Below, one piece after another: positions 27,952 through 38,468 of a stretch of 41,004 nucleotides of DNA (positions are counted from its first letter, which is position 1; each line of letters opens with the position of its first letter). Origin of the DNA: a virus (lineage: Duplodnaviria; Caudoviricetes); IMG/VR virus record IMGVR_UViG_3300033067_002145, positions 1 to 41,004 of that record. One strand, 5' to 3'. The notes beneath the pieces are model-generated. The model was not told the origin of the DNA and ran no database searches. It saw only the letters and a list, made by a program, of their open reading frames with translations. A program made the translations under genes and the position numbers.

Positions 27952-29733
27952 ATGACTTCTTGGTTCGAACGGATCTCACACATTATCGACGGCGAGGCTG
28001 TATCCGCAGGGGTTACAGGCCGTCCCGACCGGCAGCTGGAGCAAAATCTCCGCTACCTGCGAGAGGTGCTGGACTCGGTCTCGGCCGGGGAAGCGTTAGT
28101 GGTTCGCGATATCGCCTGCGAATCCAACGTCCAGGTCGGTCATGCCGTCTATTGGGATGGTCCGGCACAACTCGCCAAGCGGGCACTGGCCCAGCTCGTG
28201 TTTGATCCGGACTCCGGACGCATGGTCGGATCACCGACATCGACCGTCATGGGTGTGGTCCAATCAAAATCTGACAGCGTCACTGCAAACATCGTTATCG
28301 CCGGGTGGGCTCCTGTCGACCTGACCAATTCGGTCGGTGTGTCTGTAACTGCCGGCCGGTATTTCCTGTCCGACGTCGAGGCCGGTAAGCTCAAGTTCTC
28401 CAAGGCATCAACTCTCGTTCCGGTGCTGTTTGCCGACGGAGCCGGCCAGGTGCTGGTACTCCCGAACCTCACGACATGGGAACTGAATCACAACCATCAC
28501 CGCTACGAGCTGCAGTGTGTTCCGGCTGGTGACGCCTTACCGCCTGCGATCGGACACCGCCACACGATCACCAACGCCGATACGGCCGTCGAGGGTTGGC
28601 TGCCTGCCGATCATGCGGTGTTTTCGGGGCTCGCGCCGGCAAATGCGAAGTTCGGCTACAACATCTCCAAGCACCCGCAGCTGCCGTATGTCTGGCCTCC
28701 ATTCCCGTTGGAGGCCGCTGTACTGGTGTTTGACCGGGGGGAAGGCCGTATCGGCGGCACGGAAGTCCCGCCCGATCTGGCCGTCATCGACAAGCATGGT
28801 ATTTGGTGGATGTCCGACTGTTACGACGACGTGCCATGGCCGGCAACGGCGGACTTCCTCGACGGATCGGAATCGGTTCCGGTGGTTGTCCCGGGCAGTT
28901 GTCCGAGAACGGAAAAGATGCGGCTGGCGGTCTGCTTCTCCCGTGTCCTGTACGACGCGGCCGGGACGATGGTCACCAGTCTGACCGCCAAGACGGGCAG
29001 TGTTGTGACGGTAACCGACGCCGCAGGTAATCCGGCCAAATCCGGCGATCTCGTAGTGGACGCAGATCTGGCCCTGACGCTGGGTGCTACCGGGGTTGCC
29101 GGATACAACGTCCTGAAAGCGATTGCCGACGGAAAGTTCACGTCCGGACCCGTTGTCGAAGGCCTCATTGCAAGCGGTGCAAACGTTGTCTTGTCTTCGG
29201 ACAAGAGCGTCGTCGTGCCGAATGTCGGGACGATGTACCAAGGTCGGGTGACGATCGGCTTGGTAGTGGACCCGACAGATCGTGAAATTGCCCCGGCCAC
29301 AATCCGGATGACAAGCACTAAAGAACGGTTCGAATCCGGTTTGCCGTACCTCGGATTTCCGCCTGGGCAGCCTTCCTCGGTCACCTGCGTGTACTACATT
29401 CCGCTGGCCGGTCTGCCTGCGTCCCCAAAGATCTCTTTCCGGATTACGATCATCGGCGCCGCCGCCGGTACGTTGCCGGTGCTCACAGTTGGCTATCGCC
29501 GCATCCCGGCTGGCACCGAAACTCCGCAGGCCCTGCCGACAACGGACACGGCGTTGGTGATGCCGGCCCCGGGAGCCATCGTGGCTGGGCAGTCGTATGT
29601 CACAGTAACCATGCCGAATATCGACATTGCGGCTGGCGACACACTGCTGCTGACTATCAGCCGCACCTCCAGCGATGGGTACTCTCCAGAAATCGGAATC
29701 GTCCGACCTACCGCAGTTCTGGTTCAAGGATGA
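27952..29733 (+). CDS. Putative tail fibre / baseplate peripheral protein
   Basis: N-terminal 'IIDGEAVSAGVTGRPDRQLEQNLRYLRE' is a fibre-anchor-type motif; 'AGRYFLSDVEAGKL' follows; 593 aa, beta-rich. Confidence 0.6.
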   Translation: MTSWFERISHIIDGEAVSAGVTGRPDRQLEQNLRYLREVLDSVSAGEALVVRDIACESNVQVGHAVYWDGPAQLAKRALAQLVFDPDSGRMVGSPTSTVMGVVQSKSDSVTANIVIAGWAPVDLTNSVGVSVTAGRYFLSDVEAGKLKFSKASTLVPVLFADGAGQVLVLPNLTTWELNHNHHRYELQCVPAGDALPPAIGHRHTITNADTAVEGWLPADHAVFSGLAPANAKFGYNISKHPQLPYVWPPFPLEAAVLVFDRGEGRIGGTEVPPDLAVIDKHGIWWMSDCYDDVPWPATADFLDGSESVPVVVPGSCPRTEKMRLAVCFSRVLYDAAGTMVTSLTAKTGSVVTVTDAAGNPAKSGDLVVDADLALTLGATGVAGYNVLKAIADGKFTSGPVVEGLIASGANVVLSSDKSVVVPNVGTMYQGRVTIGLVVDPTDREIAPATIRMTSTKERFESGLPYLGFPPGQPSSVTCVYYIPLAGLPASPKISFRITIIGAAAGTLPVLTVGYRRIPAGTETPQALPTTDTALVMPAPGAIVAGQSYVTVTMPNIDIAAGDTLLLTISRTSSDGYSPEIGIVRPTAVLVQG

Positions 29734-29737
29734 TCTC

Positions 29738-30706
29738 GTGCCTCAGTACTTCAATATCGAATGGCTCAACGCATGCACCCAGCGGTCGTATCCACTGGCC
29801 GAACATGCGTCCAAGCGGGATCTGACAGACTCGATCAGCATCCCGGACAGTTTCATTGCAGAGCTGTGCTTACCGATCGCAGCGGCGGCCGAGCTGGCTG
29901 CCGAGGCCTTCTTCATCAAAACACTGGCAATTTTCGGAGGCGGCTACACACTGGAAGTCGCCTACGACGATCAGAGCGGGTCTCCGCCGGTTGTCGCGAC
30001 CAGCAGCATAGCCCGGGCAGGCTTCCAAGAGTACAACCGTTACGCCTTGGTCGGTGTCAACGATTTTGAAGACAGTCACGGCAAGATCGTGATCGGACGC
30101 CTGGTCGACATCGACCAGATCCCGCCGGGGGTCTACCACTTCGATGCCGCCGGAGCCGCACTTGATCCGGACGCAATACGACCCATGATTCGTGGTGTCA
30201 GCTCGCTGTCCACGTCCCAAGGCGGAATCCTCGGTCCGCGGCTGCGTAACAACGTCGTACTGACGTCCGGTCCCAACATTCGTCTCACCACAGTGGTCGC
30301 TCCGGGAAAAGACCCAGAGATCCGTATCGATGCGATTCCGGGAGATGGCTTTACAGCCACCTGTGACTGTATCGTCAATCCGGCACCCCCCATTCGCACA
30401 ATCAACGGGATCGCCGGTGACGTTCGTCAGAATTTCACGCTGCTGGGTGACAATTGCCTGCAGCTGTCGACAATCGCCAACGGTGTTAAAATCACAGACG
30501 TCTGCTGCCAGCCTTGTTGTGGGGCCACGGAACTCGCGGAGATCGTGCGGGTCCTGCGGAGTCTGGAAAGCACTGTGACGACTCTGCAGCAATTCAACAG
30601 CCGGTTGTCTGCCCAAGTACAGGAACTGCAGACGAACGTGGTCAACAGTAAGATTGGCTCCGGGAACATCTCGGTATCGCTGAATAATTTGGCCTCGGAG
30701 ACATAA
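29738..30706 (+). CDS. Distal tail structural protein, paralog 1 (YPL / TING motifs)
   Basis: GTG 29738 follows aagga. Contains 'RSYPL', 'PIRTINGIAGD', a Cys cluster CCQPCC and a C-terminal coiled coil. Confidence 0.55.
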   Translation: MPQYFNIEWLNACTQRSYPLAEHASKRDLTDSISIPDSFIAELCLPIAAAAELAAEAFFIKTLAIFGGGYTLEVAYDDQSGSPPVVATSSIARAGFQEYNRYALVGVNDFEDSHGKIVIGRLVDIDQIPPGVYHFDAAGAALDPDAIRPMIRGVSSLSTSQGGILGPRLRNNVVLTSGPNIRLTTVVAPGKDPEIRIDAIPGDGFTATCDCIVNPAPPIRTINGIAGDVRQNFTLLGDNCLQLSTIANGVKITDVCCQPCCGATELAEIVRVLRSLESTVTTLQQFNSRLSAQVQELQTNVVNSKIGSGNISVSLNNLASET

Positions 30707-32319
30707 TGACGGACCCAATTTCTCCAGATGCCGGCCGCGGAATGGGCGTCGATTTCTTCGGCTCGAACTACCCGTTTGTGCATCCGGACGCCGATATCAA
30801 AGGCCTCTTGGCCGATTTTTGGCTGTCTTATTCCGACAGTGTCGTGGTACCGCCGCTGCATATCTCACAGCTGTCCCACTTCGGAAGGCCGTTGCTGCTG
30901 GAACCGCCCGGACTGGCCGACGAACATCAGTGCGACCTGGTCGTCCAGGACAGTAACGGATACGTGGTCTGCGATACGACAGAGGCCCACACGTACAAGG
31001 GGCGGGCGTTCGGCAATCGATTCTATATCCATGAATGGATTTTTGACGACAAGGTCTGTCGCGTCGTTCAGCATACGAAACTGGACCACGGCCTCACAGA
31101 GGTGGCCCGTGTCACCGAGGAAAGCGTGTCTCTGATTACGGAGGCCGGTGATCTGCGAATCTTGGAACAACTCGGCGCTGGGATACCGGTCCACCTGTAT
31201 ACAAACACCGGCCTATTGGATGAGCGCACGTACGAGTTGACCACCGAGCGGGTGACGTCTATTCAGGTGGGTACCGACTTGCTGACCGGCAATATCGTGT
31301 TCAAGCCCGGCTACAACATCCAGATCGACCAGGCGGCTTCGGCCGCTATCCGCTCCGTTCCCAACATCGCCCAGTCGTTTGCTCCGACCCAATCGGTCGG
31401 ACTGGCTGGTACGATCTCATCCCTCGTGATATCTGCCGCTCCGGGAGCCGGTGGAGGAGTGTTTCCGAGCTGCCAAGACTCTGTCCCGGCCCTGCATTCG
31501 ATTAACGGGGTTTATGCGGACGCCAACGGAAACATTTTGCTGACCGCGGCTGACTGCCTGTTTATCCGGCCGCCCTATATCCGGACTGACCCTACCAGCC
31601 TAGCCCCGGCAACACTGCGTCTCGGCAATAACTGCACTGTCTGCAGTCGCTGCTCCGACTATCTGGACGTGTACGAAGAGGAGCGCAAACTCAATGAACG
31701 GCTGCGGCATATTCTGAAGCTGACGGACGACGCCGTTGAAGCCCATACGAATGTCACGAACGACTGGTCCCAGTTGCCGAATCTGGCCAATCCGTTGTAC
31801 ATGACCATCTACGAGGCCGTCGAAGTCGGCGGCACAGAGTCGATCCGAATTGTAGCCGATTATTCGCATCCGCAGGAATTGTTCGTGAACGGGCACAATA
31901 AAGTCCGCCATGTGTTCAACTGCAGCACTGAGCACGGGATCGTCCCTACGTTTTTGCCAGACTTTACGGGCGGTGTCTGCGGCAAGGAGGAAAACAGCCC
32001 ACCCAACCCTCGGCAAATCGGTCCCTTGGTGCTCTCCGGGTCCTGGCCTACCTACTGGATCGACTGGGAGACACTTGGGGAAGGTGTCCAGACGTACCTG
32101 TTCTTCTCATTCCTGAAGTCTGATTTGAGGCTGGGCGGAGTTCCTGAAAAACTGACAGTCGATTACACTGTTGAGGTCGTGGATGTCTTTGATGTCAGCA
32201 CCCCGTATCCGCCACCACCGCGAAACCAGCTCAAAGTGACGGCCACAATCTCTCCGAGCGGCAAGAAGTCTGGCCCGTATGTGATCGCAAAGCCTGTTCC
32301 GATTAGCGGCTGGTTCTGA
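30706..32319 (+). CDS. Distal tail structural protein, paralog 2
   Basis: 'SNYPF', 'LHSINGVYADANGNILL', CxxCxxC, a coiled coil and a C-terminal beta domain. Confidence 0.55.
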   Translation: MTDPISPDAGRGMGVDFFGSNYPFVHPDADIKGLLADFWLSYSDSVVVPPLHISQLSHFGRPLLLEPPGLADEHQCDLVVQDSNGYVVCDTTEAHTYKGRAFGNRFYIHEWIFDDKVCRVVQHTKLDHGLTEVARVTEESVSLITEAGDLRILEQLGAGIPVHLYTNTGLLDERTYELTTERVTSIQVGTDLLTGNIVFKPGYNIQIDQAASAAIRSVPNIAQSFAPTQSVGLAGTISSLVISAAPGAGGGVFPSCQDSVPALHSINGVYADANGNILLTAADCLFIRPPYIRTDPTSLAPATLRLGNNCTVCSRCSDYLDVYEEERKLNERLRHILKLTDDAVEAHTNVTNDWSQLPNLANPLYMTIYEAVEVGGTESIRIVADYSHPQELFVNGHNKVRHVFNCSTEHGIVPTFLPDFTGGVCGKEENSPPNPRQIGPLVLSGSWPTYWIDWETLGEGVQTYLFFSFLKSDLRLGGVPEKLTVDYTVEVVDVFDVSTPYPPPPRNQLKVTATISPSGKKSGPYVIAKPVPISGWF

Positions 32320-32331
32320 TAAGGACGTCGT

Positions 32332-33987
32332 GTGACTACCGTTAATCCCAATTTCTACGATCTCAATGCGTCTCGCGGATATCCGCTGGACGACAGGGCC
32401 ACGAAGGTGTCCGATTCAGGTCTTACACTCCCGGACGGCCTGATTGTCGATCTGTGCCTGCGGTTTCCTGCGTCGCTCGGACAGTACGCGTTTTTAAGTG
32501 CCATCAACTTCTCCTCCCGTACGGTCAGCTGTGTTATCAACGTATCGGAATCTCTCGACCAGCCCGGAATCCCGGTGGTGGGGTTGTCCGTCAAAGGGGC
32601 GGCCGTCGAATCCAAACCTTACCAGCTGACCCCACTGCTGGCGGGTGTCGGTGGGTGGATCGTGTTTGGTGTCGGTGACGCATACTCCGGTAAGTTCACA
32701 CTACCGTCTCAGAGCCTCCTGCTGGCAAAAACGGCCCGCGGATACGCACCGAAGCCAGTTACCTCGATCGCGAAAGAGAATGTCACCAAGTTGCTGGCCG
32801 ATATCGTCCAGCTGGTCCCAGGTCGCGATATGGATGTCGTGATTCAGCCCCGGCTGATCGATGGCCAGCTGCGCGACGCCGTTGTGCTCCGCCTCGCCAG
32901 CTCCGGGTCTCTGAAAAAGTACACCGGGCCTTGCGGCGGGCGGCCTGAGAGCGGGACCTGCGACTCACCACCTATCGAGCGGCTCGGAGATGCCACTCCG
33001 GACGTGGCGGGTAACATCACCATGGCCATTACCGGGCTGGATGTGGTGTCCATCCCCAACGGGCTGCTGCTCGGCACAGAAGTGACACTCGCGGACATCT
33101 GCGGGGCCGCCAAGCACGCGAATTTCGGCGGCGACGACGTCTGCGAGAGCCTGAGCGTTATCAGCGAAATCAACATGAACACGGTGTCCTACTCGGTTAC
33201 TGACGAGAAGCCTATCGGTGGCGACGGCGGTATCGAACCGGAGCCGGGTATCCAAGTGTTTACACCGACCTACCCGCTGCCGTTGCGCTTCTTCCGAAGC
33301 AAGTTCCAGACGAACATCAACGAAGAAACCATGACCCTGCAGCCTCTGTTCGGGGGCTGGGACTACTCGACAACTGTGCCGCCGGTGTGGGTCAGCTCGG
33401 ACTACGGCCAACGGTCTGCCGACTACAGGTCGCTGACCGTAAAAGATATGTCAGCAGGTGTGGCTGGTCTTCCGGCGTTCTCCGGTGCAATCGCTCTGAT
33501 GGGTAACGGACTGGGTTACGGCGACACCGAGGAGGTAAAACTCACCGTCGCGGTACAACTGGCCGCCGCCAGCGCGGCGGGCATGCTGCTGAACTGGGGT
33601 AATCCTGTTGATCCGGTGTTTATCCGGTACCAAGTGCCCTATACGACGTTTCTGACACTGCGGCTGAATTACACCCGGAAGACAATGGAACTCTGTCGAT
33701 CAAATGGAGCTGTGTTCGACACCCCGCTGGGAGAAATGGAGCTTCCTGATCTCGATCCGACCCATTGGTATAAACTGGACCTATGGGTTACAAACGCTCC
33801 TGGACGACCGGGCTATGTTGATTTCCGGGCCTTCATCGCAGATCTGTCTGTCAATGACGGCGTGGGTCAACGATACTGGTTCCAAGTGCTGAGTCAGCCG
33901 GCACTCTACCCTAGCTCAGGTCAGTTCGGTTTCCACGCCAGCGGCGCCGGTGCGAAATTCGGTTATATGGTCTTGGATACATTCTGA
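32332..33987 (+). CDS. Distal tail structural protein, paralog 3, with a C-terminal lectin-like beta-sandwich
   Basis: aagga RBS; 'NASRGYPL', 'CGGRPESGTC..PPIERLGDATPDVAGNITM'. The C-terminal 'THWYKLDL...GQFGF' pattern is concanavalin/LamG-like, so it is a possible receptor-binding protein. Confidence 0.55.
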   Translation: MTTVNPNFYDLNASRGYPLDDRATKVSDSGLTLPDGLIVDLCLRFPASLGQYAFLSAINFSSRTVSCVINVSESLDQPGIPVVGLSVKGAAVESKPYQLTPLLAGVGGWIVFGVGDAYSGKFTLPSQSLLLAKTARGYAPKPVTSIAKENVTKLLADIVQLVPGRDMDVVIQPRLIDGQLRDAVVLRLASSGSLKKYTGPCGGRPESGTCDSPPIERLGDATPDVAGNITMAITGLDVVSIPNGLLLGTEVTLADICGAAKHANFGGDDVCESLSVISEINMNTVSYSVTDEKPIGGDGGIEPEPGIQVFTPTYPLPLRFFRSKFQTNINEETMTLQPLFGGWDYSTTVPPVWVSSDYGQRSADYRSLTVKDMSAGVAGLPAFSGAIALMGNGLGYGDTEEVKLTVAVQLAAASAAGMLLNWGNPVDPVFIRYQVPYTTFLTLRLNYTRKTMELCRSNGAVFDTPLGEMELPDLDPTHWYKLDLWVTNAPGRPGYVDFRAFIADLSVNDGVGQRYWFQVLSQPALYPSSGQFGFHASGAGAKFGYMVLDTF

Positions 33988-34721
33988 TGCGTATCGTTCA
34001 TCCGCAGTACCGCGACGACAATTACGACACCCTGTACCCGTTTGCAGACAACGCGGTGCTGACAGGGTCGCGTGGGTACGGATTTACGAATCTGACGTTC
34101 ATCGACGCCGTTCTGCATCCACCTGGTCGGACGCTCCCGCAGCGACTGACGAGCGTCGTCGTGGCCAGTCTGCAGGCCACACTGGTTATCGGAGACGATT
34201 CCGGGGACTCCTGCTCCTGCGTCGTCGATTTGACCAATCCTTCTGGTGTCCTGCCACTGAAAGACGCCGTCGGACGACCCGCCGGGCTGCTGCTGGCGGA
34301 TGTGGATCAGCTGACACTGCTACAGAACTGGGAATTGGGTACACACACCTTCGCGGCAGCTGGTTTTGTGGCCTCGGCGACTATTCCAGATCCTCAAATC
34401 TACGCCAAAGGCGTTACTGACGGGGCGACCACGGTCACAGGGGACGTCTGGCTGGTGGGTGAAGACGGAGTCCTGCTGACCGAAGAAGACGGCACGATAC
34501 GTATCGATATCGTCGGAGATCCTTTGTTCCGGCGAGCACAGTGCGGCGAGACTGCCAGTTTCACGGCTCCAAACTACCTCAAGACAATCAATGGCATCGC
34601 ACCCAATGCTCGTGGTATGTTCTACCTGTTCGCCAGTCAGACTCTGACAGATTTTCCGGCCTTGCGTGTCCATCCGGGAGAATCTGGAGACTTGGTCATA
34701 GAATTCGCTTCCGGAAAGTAA
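33987..34721 (+). CDS. Distal tail structural protein, paralog 4
   Basis: 'QYRDDNYDTLYPF' and 'C...YLKTINGIAPNARG'. Confidence 0.55.
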   Translation: MRIVHPQYRDDNYDTLYPFADNAVLTGSRGYGFTNLTFIDAVLHPPGRTLPQRLTSVVVASLQATLVIGDDSGDSCSCVVDLTNPSGVLPLKDAVGRPAGLLLADVDQLTLLQNWELGTHTFAAAGFVASATIPDPQIYAKGVTDGATTVTGDVWLVGEDGVLLTEEDGTIRIDIVGDPLFRRAQCGETASFTAPNYLKTINGIAPNARGMFYLFASQTLTDFPALRVHPGESGDLVIEFASGK

Positions 34722-34722
34722 C

Positions 34723-35649
34723 ATGGCCAGGACTTCCTACTACGACGACAACAGAAATCGCCGGTATCCGCTGCTTAGCACCGATGCTATCGAGCAGGGG
34801 GTCGGTGCGGAGATGCCCAATTCCGTTCTCCTGGACGCCGGATTCAACCTTTGTGCCTACTCGGGGTTCGTCCAAGGTACACATTCGGTAGTCCTCCACG
34901 CGCTGGAGGTGTCCGGCGACAATTTGCTGCTGACCTGCCGTTCCGACGCTCCGGGCCTGGCGGGGAACGACATCGTATTCTCTGTGCCGACAGACTCGGA
35001 TGCGGAATACCAGACAGTGTTTGCCGAGGCGACAGGGTTGGAGGCCGGGGGAAATCCCGACAACTGCACCAATCAACTGCTGTGGTACGGATTTTTGACA
35101 TTGGGAGACGTCGCCGCAGCTGTGGCGTGGGCCACCGACAATCCTGGCACGCCGGACCCGGACAAACACACATTCGAACCCGCGTTGATCCAGGACACCG
35201 ACCAGACCTACGTGCGGTCCGTCAGTCTGGCCAATCGCGAGCGGACAAAAACAACGGATGAGCCGGGAGCCACCAAGGCCTATCTGGTCGCGGCCCGGTG
35301 TCTCACGGGAGCAATCAAGTTCCGGGAAGGACACAACTGCCAGATCAGCTACAGTACTTCGGCGAACGGCCTCATCATCGCCGCCATCGAAGGGGCCGGA
35401 GCTGGTTCGACCTGCTCTGAGGTTCCTCAATTCGAAGGTGAGGTCCCGCCGGATTCGGGGAGTTTGCTGAGCGGCGGCCCTACTTGCCGTGAAACAATCC
35501 GCTCGGTTAACGGGGTCACCGGGCCAGCTGTCCGCTTGACGGCCGGACCTGGGATCAGCATCGAACGAGATGCCAACGACGCAAGCCTGCTAAGAATCGT
35601 TGTTGATGTGTCCAAGGTTCGCGGTCGTCCTGACGGAGGGCTGCTGTGA
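34723..35649 (+). CDS. Distal tail structural protein, paralog 5
   Basis: '[13 protein letters not shown]', 'GAGAGSTC' and '[11 protein letters not shown]'. Confidence 0.55.
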   Translation: MARTSYYDDNRNRRYPLLSTDAIEQGVGAEMPNSVLLDAGFNLCAYSGFVQGTHSVVLHALEVSGDNLLLTCRSDAPGLAGNDIVFSVPTDSDAEYQTVFAEATGLEAGGNPDNCTNQLLWYGFLTLGDVAAAVAWATDNPGTPDPDKHTFEPALIQDTDQTYVRSVSLANRERTKTTDEPGATKAYLVAARCLTGAIKFREGHNCQISYSTSANGLIIAAIEGAGAGSTCSEVPQFEGEVPPDSGSLLSGGPTCRETIRSVNGVTGPAVRLTAGPGISIERDANDASLLRIVVDVSKVRGRPDGGLL

Positions 35650-36602
35650 CACAACCGGCCTTCAATACTCCGTGTATACCCATCAGCCCGCCCAGAATCG
35701 AAGATATTGTCTTCAATCTGCCGTGCCAGCTGCCAGCGGTTCCACCACCCGTTTACAGCCCTCAAGCCTTGATCTTCGGGCCGTCCGGTCCAGAAGGTCC
35801 ACAAGGGCCACCAGGGCCCCAGGGTCCCCGAGGAAATCCGGGGCCGCAAGGTCCGCAAGGGCCACAGGGTCCCCCGGGCGATCTCGGACCTCAAGGTCCC
35901 CAGGGTCCACAGGGTCCTCAGGGAGGGTGGGGTCCGCAGGGTCCGCAGGGGCCACAGGGTCCAGCAGGTCCGCAGGGTCCGCAAGGAGCTACCGGAGCTC
36001 AAGGACCTCAAGGACCGCAAGGGCCGCAGGGTGCCGACGGAGCAGACGGTGCCGATGGCGGTGTCGGTCCGCAAGGTCCGGCCGGTCCGGCTGGTCCGCA
36101 AGGTCCTGACGGTCCGACAGGCCCGCCTGGGCCCCCCGGTCCGCAGGGTCAGGTCGGTCCGCAAGGTCCTCCGGGGGACAAATATGCGATCGTACCCAGC
36201 TCCCAAGGTCCGATCGGACTGATCTGTGTCGAAAGTCCCCAAGTGTGGTTCGAGGACACAGTACGCGTGGCTGTCGGAGCGACCTATATCAGTTACGAGC
36301 TGGATCGCCTGTTCTGCGAGACGGTCGAGGAGCATACGATCGTGGCCGTGGCCTGTGTTCCAGACCGGCCGGCCATGGTGAGCGCAGACATCGAGATCCG
36401 GCCACTCCCGATGTCGACCCGGAGTAGCGTGTTGTTGTGGCTGACCTGTGCCGCCGTCCAAGGGTACGGTCTGCCTAATTATGTCGTCGTGACCGTCCGA
36501 GGTATCAGAAAAGGGCGTGAACACGTCCGTTTTCCGCGATTCACAGAAGCCCAGATGCAACGCAATGGAGACTTCTGGAGGAACGCCTACGCTGATGAGT
36601 GA
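35646..36602 (+). CDS. Collagen-like fibre protein
   Basis: About 45 uninterrupted Gly-X-Y triplets (mostly GPQ), then a C-terminal domain starting '[13 protein letters not shown]'. Confidence 0.85.
   Translation: MTQPAFNTPCIPISPPRIEDIVFNLPCQLPAVPPPVYSPQALIFGPSGPEGPQGPPGPQGPRGNPGPQGPQGPQGPPGDLGPQGPQGPQGPQGGWGPQGPQGPQGPAGPQGPQGATGAQGPQGPQGPQGADGADGADGGVGPQGPAGPAGPQGPDGPTGPPGPPGPQGQVGPQGPPGDKYAIVPSSQGPIGLICVESPQVWFEDTVRVAVGATYISYELDRLFCETVEEHTIVAVACVPDRPAMVSADIEIRPLPMSTRSSVLLWLTCAAVQGYGLPNYVVVTVRGIRKGREHVRFPRFTEAQMQRNGDFWRNAYADE
35778..36182 (+). repeat. 9-bp-period collagen-coding repeat (ggtccgcag/caa-type units)
   Basis: Degenerate tandem repeat encoding G-X-Y. Confidence 0.9.
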
Positions 36603-38436
36603 ACGGATCACGCTGGAGCTTTCAAATGCCTTGGGTGATGCTGTTGTCATGACAGCCGCTGTACGAGATCTCGCCCAGCAGTATCCAGGCCGGTACCAGA
36701 TTGGAGTCTGGACGAACTGCCAACCGACGTGGGATGGCAACCCCTACGCCCGAAAATATGATGACAACGGGCGGGTGATTCAGATCCGGTACGGAGAGGC
36801 CATGAAAAAGGCCCAAGCTGGTCACAAAAGGCACTTTTTGGGTGCGTTTTACGATATTTTTGCTGAAAAACTGGGGATTTCCCTCGAAATTTCGGTTCCG
36901 AAGCCCGATTTGTACCCCGGTCGCGGGCTAGCCCCGCGAATAGACGGCCCGTACTGGATTATTGCCCCTGGATGGAAGCCCGACATGCCCGCCAAGGCTT
37001 GGAGTCTCCACTACTGGCAGAAATTGGTGGAAATACTGACCTGTTGGGGCATAAAACTCGTCCAGGTCGGTGCCGGAAGCTTCATCAACCCGAAATTGAC
37101 AGGTGTCACGGATCTCGTAGGGCATACCACTGAGATTCCAGGCCTTTTCGAGCTAGTTTCTAAGGCTGAAGGGGTCATTTGTGGCATTACCTCCCTGATG
37201 CACATCGCAGCGGCCTTTGAAAAGCCCTGTGTTGTCATCGCAGGAGGCCGCGAAGCGTGGTGGTGGGAGGCCTATACCAATGAAAACCCAGGTTTTGGCT
37301 CAGCCAGCGGAAAAATCAAGGTTCCGCACCGCTATTTGCATACGATCGGCCAGTTTTCCTGTTGTGAGCACAGTGGCTGCTGTAAAAACGCCTTGGTGGA
37401 GAGCCGTAGGCACCCGTTAGCCTTGGTCTGCACGCAACAGACACACCATGGAGAGCAGGCTGTCAGCAGTTGCCTGGCCTCGATCACACCAGAAATCGTC
37501 TGCCACAACGTACTGTCCTACTACATTGACGGGACGCTCCCGCGAACCAGCCCCCAGCTCAAGGATCTGCCCATGCTGCCTCCGGTCGGAAACACCATCC
37601 AGACAACACGGCCTGACGGATGCGTCGTAAAAATCGCAGTCGTGGAACCTCCGAAACCGGCATTGCCGGACATAGAAACCGTGCCAACCCGTGCCCAGAC
37701 TTCGACGGCGGCCGTATGGGCTGATCCGCTGGTCGGCGGCAAGGTAACCCTCTGTATACTGGGGTACGGAGACCACTTTCCGCTGCTCAAACGTTGTCTC
37801 GACGGCGTCTTGCGAACGACAGCCAAGGAGCAGGTCGAAATACGTGTCGGAGGCAATGCGCTGTGCCGAGATAGCATCAACTATCTGGAACTGCTGCAGC
37901 TGCGGGGAGACGTCGACCATCTCCTGCTCTCGGACGCGAATCTGTACAAGTATCCGGTGATGCGGCGTATGTTCCGTGAGCCGCCTCTGCAGACAGATTG
38001 GCTGGTCTGGCTGGACGACGATGCCGAGATCGTGGATTCGAACTGGCTGGATCTGATGCTGGAAGCCGCCATAACGGGCTGGCCGGCCGGGGCGAGATGG
38101 GTCGGACCGCTGTATCGATACGGCGTCAGCCAGCGTTGGAAAGACTGGTGCGAGGCCTCCGACTGGTACAAGGCCAAAAAGCGACCTTGGCCTGCCGACG
38201 GAAACGTCATATTCTGCAGCGGCGGGTTATGGCTGGCGCACGTTCCGACACTGATGTCGATGGACATCCCAGACGCCCGGCTGGAAAATAACAAAGGGGA
38301 TGTCACGATTGGGCTGCAGATGTACCAAGCCGGCGCAGCAGCCGTCAACTTTGCACCGCGTCCGGAGAAGCGACATGTCCGCTGGAGTAACAGCCCCCGC
38401 CGTGGAGTGACGACCATACACCCGGCAGAGCGTTGA
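36595..38436 (+). CDS. Two-domain glycosyltransferase: GT9 (heptosyltransferase-like) plus GT2-like
   Basis: GT9 motifs '[14 protein letters not shown]', 'IIAPG...AKAW' and '[17 protein letters not shown]'; Pro-rich linker; GT-A half 'VTLCIL...LLKRCL' and 'WLVWLDDD'. ATG 36595 follows ggagga. Confidence 0.85.
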   Translation: MSERITLELSNALGDAVVMTAAVRDLAQQYPGRYQIGVWTNCQPTWDGNPYARKYDDNGRVIQIRYGEAMKKAQAGHKRHFLGAFYDIFAEKLGISLEISVPKPDLYPGRGLAPRIDGPYWIIAPGWKPDMPAKAWSLHYWQKLVEILTCWGIKLVQVGAGSFINPKLTGVTDLVGHTTEIPGLFELVSKAEGVICGITSLMHIAAAFEKPCVVIAGGREAWWWEAYTNENPGFGSASGKIKVPHRYLHTIGQFSCCEHSGCCKNALVESRRHPLALVCTQQTHHGEQAVSSCLASITPEIVCHNVLSYYIDGTLPRTSPQLKDLPMLPPVGNTIQTTRPDGCVVKIAVVEPPKPALPDIETVPTRAQTSTAAVWADPLVGGKVTLCILGYGDHFPLLKRCLDGVLRTTAKEQVEIRVGGNALCRDSINYLELLQLRGDVDHLLLSDANLYKYPVMRRMFREPPLQTDWLVWLDDDAEIVDSNWLDLMLEAAITGWPAGARWVGPLYRYGVSQRWKDWCEASDWYKAKKRPWPADGNVIFCSGGLWLAHVPTLMSMDIPDARLENNKGDVTIGLQMYQAGAAAVNFAPRPEKRHVRWSNSPRRGVTTIHPAER

Positions 38437-38449
38437 ATTTCCGGAAATT
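38436..38449. promoter_or_regulatory. 14-bp palindrome AATTTCCGGAAATT, copy 4
   Basis: Begins at the last base of the TGA stop at 38436. Confidence 0.75.
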
Positions 38450-38468
38450 GAATTAACAGGGACTCAAA

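Noticed and set aside
8809-29733. Extracellular contractile injection system, tailocin or T6SS
   Set aside because: A probable capsid gene with head and neck genes is directly linked, and no AAA+ ATPase or T6SS membrane complex is seen; a phage is the simpler reading.
13326-34718. Partial matches to the palindrome core (TTCCGGAA-like near 13327, 13490, 18784 and 34709)
   Set aside because: Short, imperfect and inside coding sequence; compatible with chance.
821-36740. Long minus-strand ORFs (e.g. 821-1807, 9571-10551, 16694-18046, 28537-29727, 35427-36740)
   Set aside because: They are antisense shadows of GC-rich, codon-biased + strand genes with no recognisable motifs; the + strand is already fully tiled.
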